DNA of 64,000 nucleotides from Lytechinus pictus (lineage: Eukaryota), in contig NC_087250.1 of NCBI RefSeq assembly GCF_037042905.1, positions 20,710,001 to 20,774,000 of the forward strand, given 5' to 3'. The notes below the pieces were generated by a model. The model ran no database searches, was not told where the DNA came from, and worked only from the letters and a program-made list of their open reading frames with translations. How positions within the stretch are numbered: position 1 is the first letter of the stretch; the number at the start of each line of letters is the position of its first letter. This document shows positions 62,243-64,000 of this stretch, piece after piece. Made by a program: the position numbers and the translations under genes.

Positions 62243-62638
62243 TTTTGTCTCGCCTGCATAGCAAAGCGAGACTATAGGCGCCGCTTTTCCGACGACCACG
62301 GCGTCCGCGGCGGCGTCGTCGTCAACATTGAAAACTTAACCAAGGTTAAGTTTTTGAAATGTCATAACTTTAAAAAGTATATGGACCTAGTTCATGAAAC
62401 TTGGACATAAGGCTAATCAAATATTACTGACGCCCGAGTTTTAGGTCACATGACTAAGGTCAAAGGTCATTTAGGGTCAATTAATTTAGAACATGTTGGG
62501 GGATCAATATAGAAATCTTAACCAAGGTTAATGTTTTGAAATGTCATCATAACTTTTTAAGTATATGGGCCTAGAGCACTGATGCTATATCGAATCACGT
62601 AATGCAGGCGAGAGTGCCAGTGGCGTTCCACTTTTTTT
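62243..62638. mobile_element. HINE/Helentron-like element, same family as 30752-31665, opposite orientation
   Basis: TTTTGTCTCGCCTGCATAGC...GAGACTATAGGCGCCGCTTTTCCGACG ... ATGCAGGCGAGA...TTCCACTT. Confidence 0.75.
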
Positions 62639-63101
62639 CAATGGCTATAATAATGAATTTATTGTGTTATAAACTACTGAACTACAGTTAACATCCAAAT
62701 GAGAGCGAGTAAGCAGTTTTTCAGTAGTTGAAAACATGATGACCAGAATTGTCTTTCATGAGGTGTTGATATTGGATAATGTGGCGAATGAGGAATGAGC
62801 CTATACTAGCGACCGAGCAAATTTTCAATAGGTGGAAGAATATTGCCCCCAAACCTCTTTTAAGTGGCGTGAATTATCTCATCACAGGCTATATGTACAG
62901 GGATACTACCATCTTTCACTTGAAGGAATATCACAATGATGGTTATATTGCAATTGATCTGTTGTGATGCAAACTACTGGATTGCAGTTAGTATCCAAAT
63001 GCGAGCGAGCGAGCAAATTTTCCATAGTTGGAAGAAACAGAATGATTATCAAATCGTCTTTCAAGGGAGTGTAATTATGGGGGAAATTGCGGCTGTGAGC
63101 G

Positions 63102-63335
63102 TAGTCTAGTTCTAGACGATTTTAAACGAATCTATTTGCACCACGATATAATACGTTCTATTCCGTGCGTACGCCCAGCCGAGTGTGCGCGCAAAACCGA
63201 GAACCTGTACTCCGAGGAAAAACGGAGTACAGGTTCTCGGTTTTGCGCGCACACTCGGCTGGGCGTACGCACGGAATAGAACGTATTATATCGTGGTGCA
63301 AATAGATTCGTTTAAAATCGTCTAGAACTAGACTA
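63102..63335. mobile_element. 234-bp perfect fold-back MITE (TAG...CTA ends, 9-bp TSD; AcademH- or MULE-like)
   Basis: 113-bp perfect arms with 8-nt loop AGGAAAAA. TSD CTGTGAGCG at 63093-63101 and 63336-63344. The paralogous site at ~33295-33320 is empty. Confidence 0.9.
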
Positions 63336-64000
63336 CTGTGAGCGTAGTTAGCGAGCCTTAAAAGTTGCTTCAGTCGTTTAAAATAATATTCATCGAATAC
63401 AGAGGGTGATAAGGGTATATTAGCAATAACGCAACCTTTAGAAGGAAATGAACAAGAAATATACATAAACAAACAAATAGGGATTTTAATAATCGAGTTT
63501 TGTTCAATGAAAACTCATTTGCTCAGTGGTTAAAGATGAGATGAGAATGAAAAAAGAATAGGATCATGATTATCAGGAATAAGGGTACCATATGAACTTA
63601 TCAGAGGCCATCACACGCCACAATATTAACTTCAAAACTCGTGGAAGTATCACAACGATGAATACGAAATTGAAAGATTTCGTAATATATTTAAGATTAC
63701 GTTGGGAAATGAAGATGCAACATTCAAAATTTGAAGAAGAATACATTTATGTGATATTTATTACATTGTTGTGTTAATAACTGTGATTTAAAGTCCCCTA
63801 TAAATGGATAAAATGGAAAAGGTGAATGTTAAGGTTAATAGGGGTTACGTTTACTTCGTGATCCGACTTGAAATTTGTGTGATGAGCGTTGTTTGAAAAT
63901 ATTGTGTACGTGCGAACTTTTTTGGGGGAAATATCGGAGTATGGAAACTGCGTGCATTAGCGCCAAAATAACACCGTCTCGTGCCGGACTCGTCACCGAG

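Overview
AT-rich, repeat-dense animal genomic DNA. The repeat repertoire and a Mag/SURL-type retrotransposon suggest a sea urchin, but that is inference. The host content is a minus-strand tandem cluster of three-exon Ly6/uPAR (three-finger, quiver-like) GPI-anchored protein genes that the ORF track misses because they are spliced. Gene A is intact (exons 34803-34755, 26670-26491, 16233-15974; 162 aa; 10 Cys). Paralog B (exons 61627-61457 and 60091-59823) has an in-frame TAG. An orphan promoter plus exon-1 copy at about 49.2-49.6 kb ends in a fold-back hairpin, and flank homology predicts another paralog just left of the window. Transposons dominate the rest: a PIF/Harbinger element whose transposase has one premature stop, nested in an older Harbinger MITE; an intact 4.9 kb Gypsy (Mag clade) element with identical LTRs; and non-autonomous piggyBac-, Academ-, hAT-, Tc1-, Kolobok-, MULE- and Helentron-like elements, tRNA-derived SINEs and LINE remnants. 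The most unusual element is a fully paired 72-nt tRNA-like cloverleaf with a UCA (opal-reading) anticodon, intact A/B boxes and a T6 terminator, inside a ~408-bp repeat unit in intron 2 of gene A.
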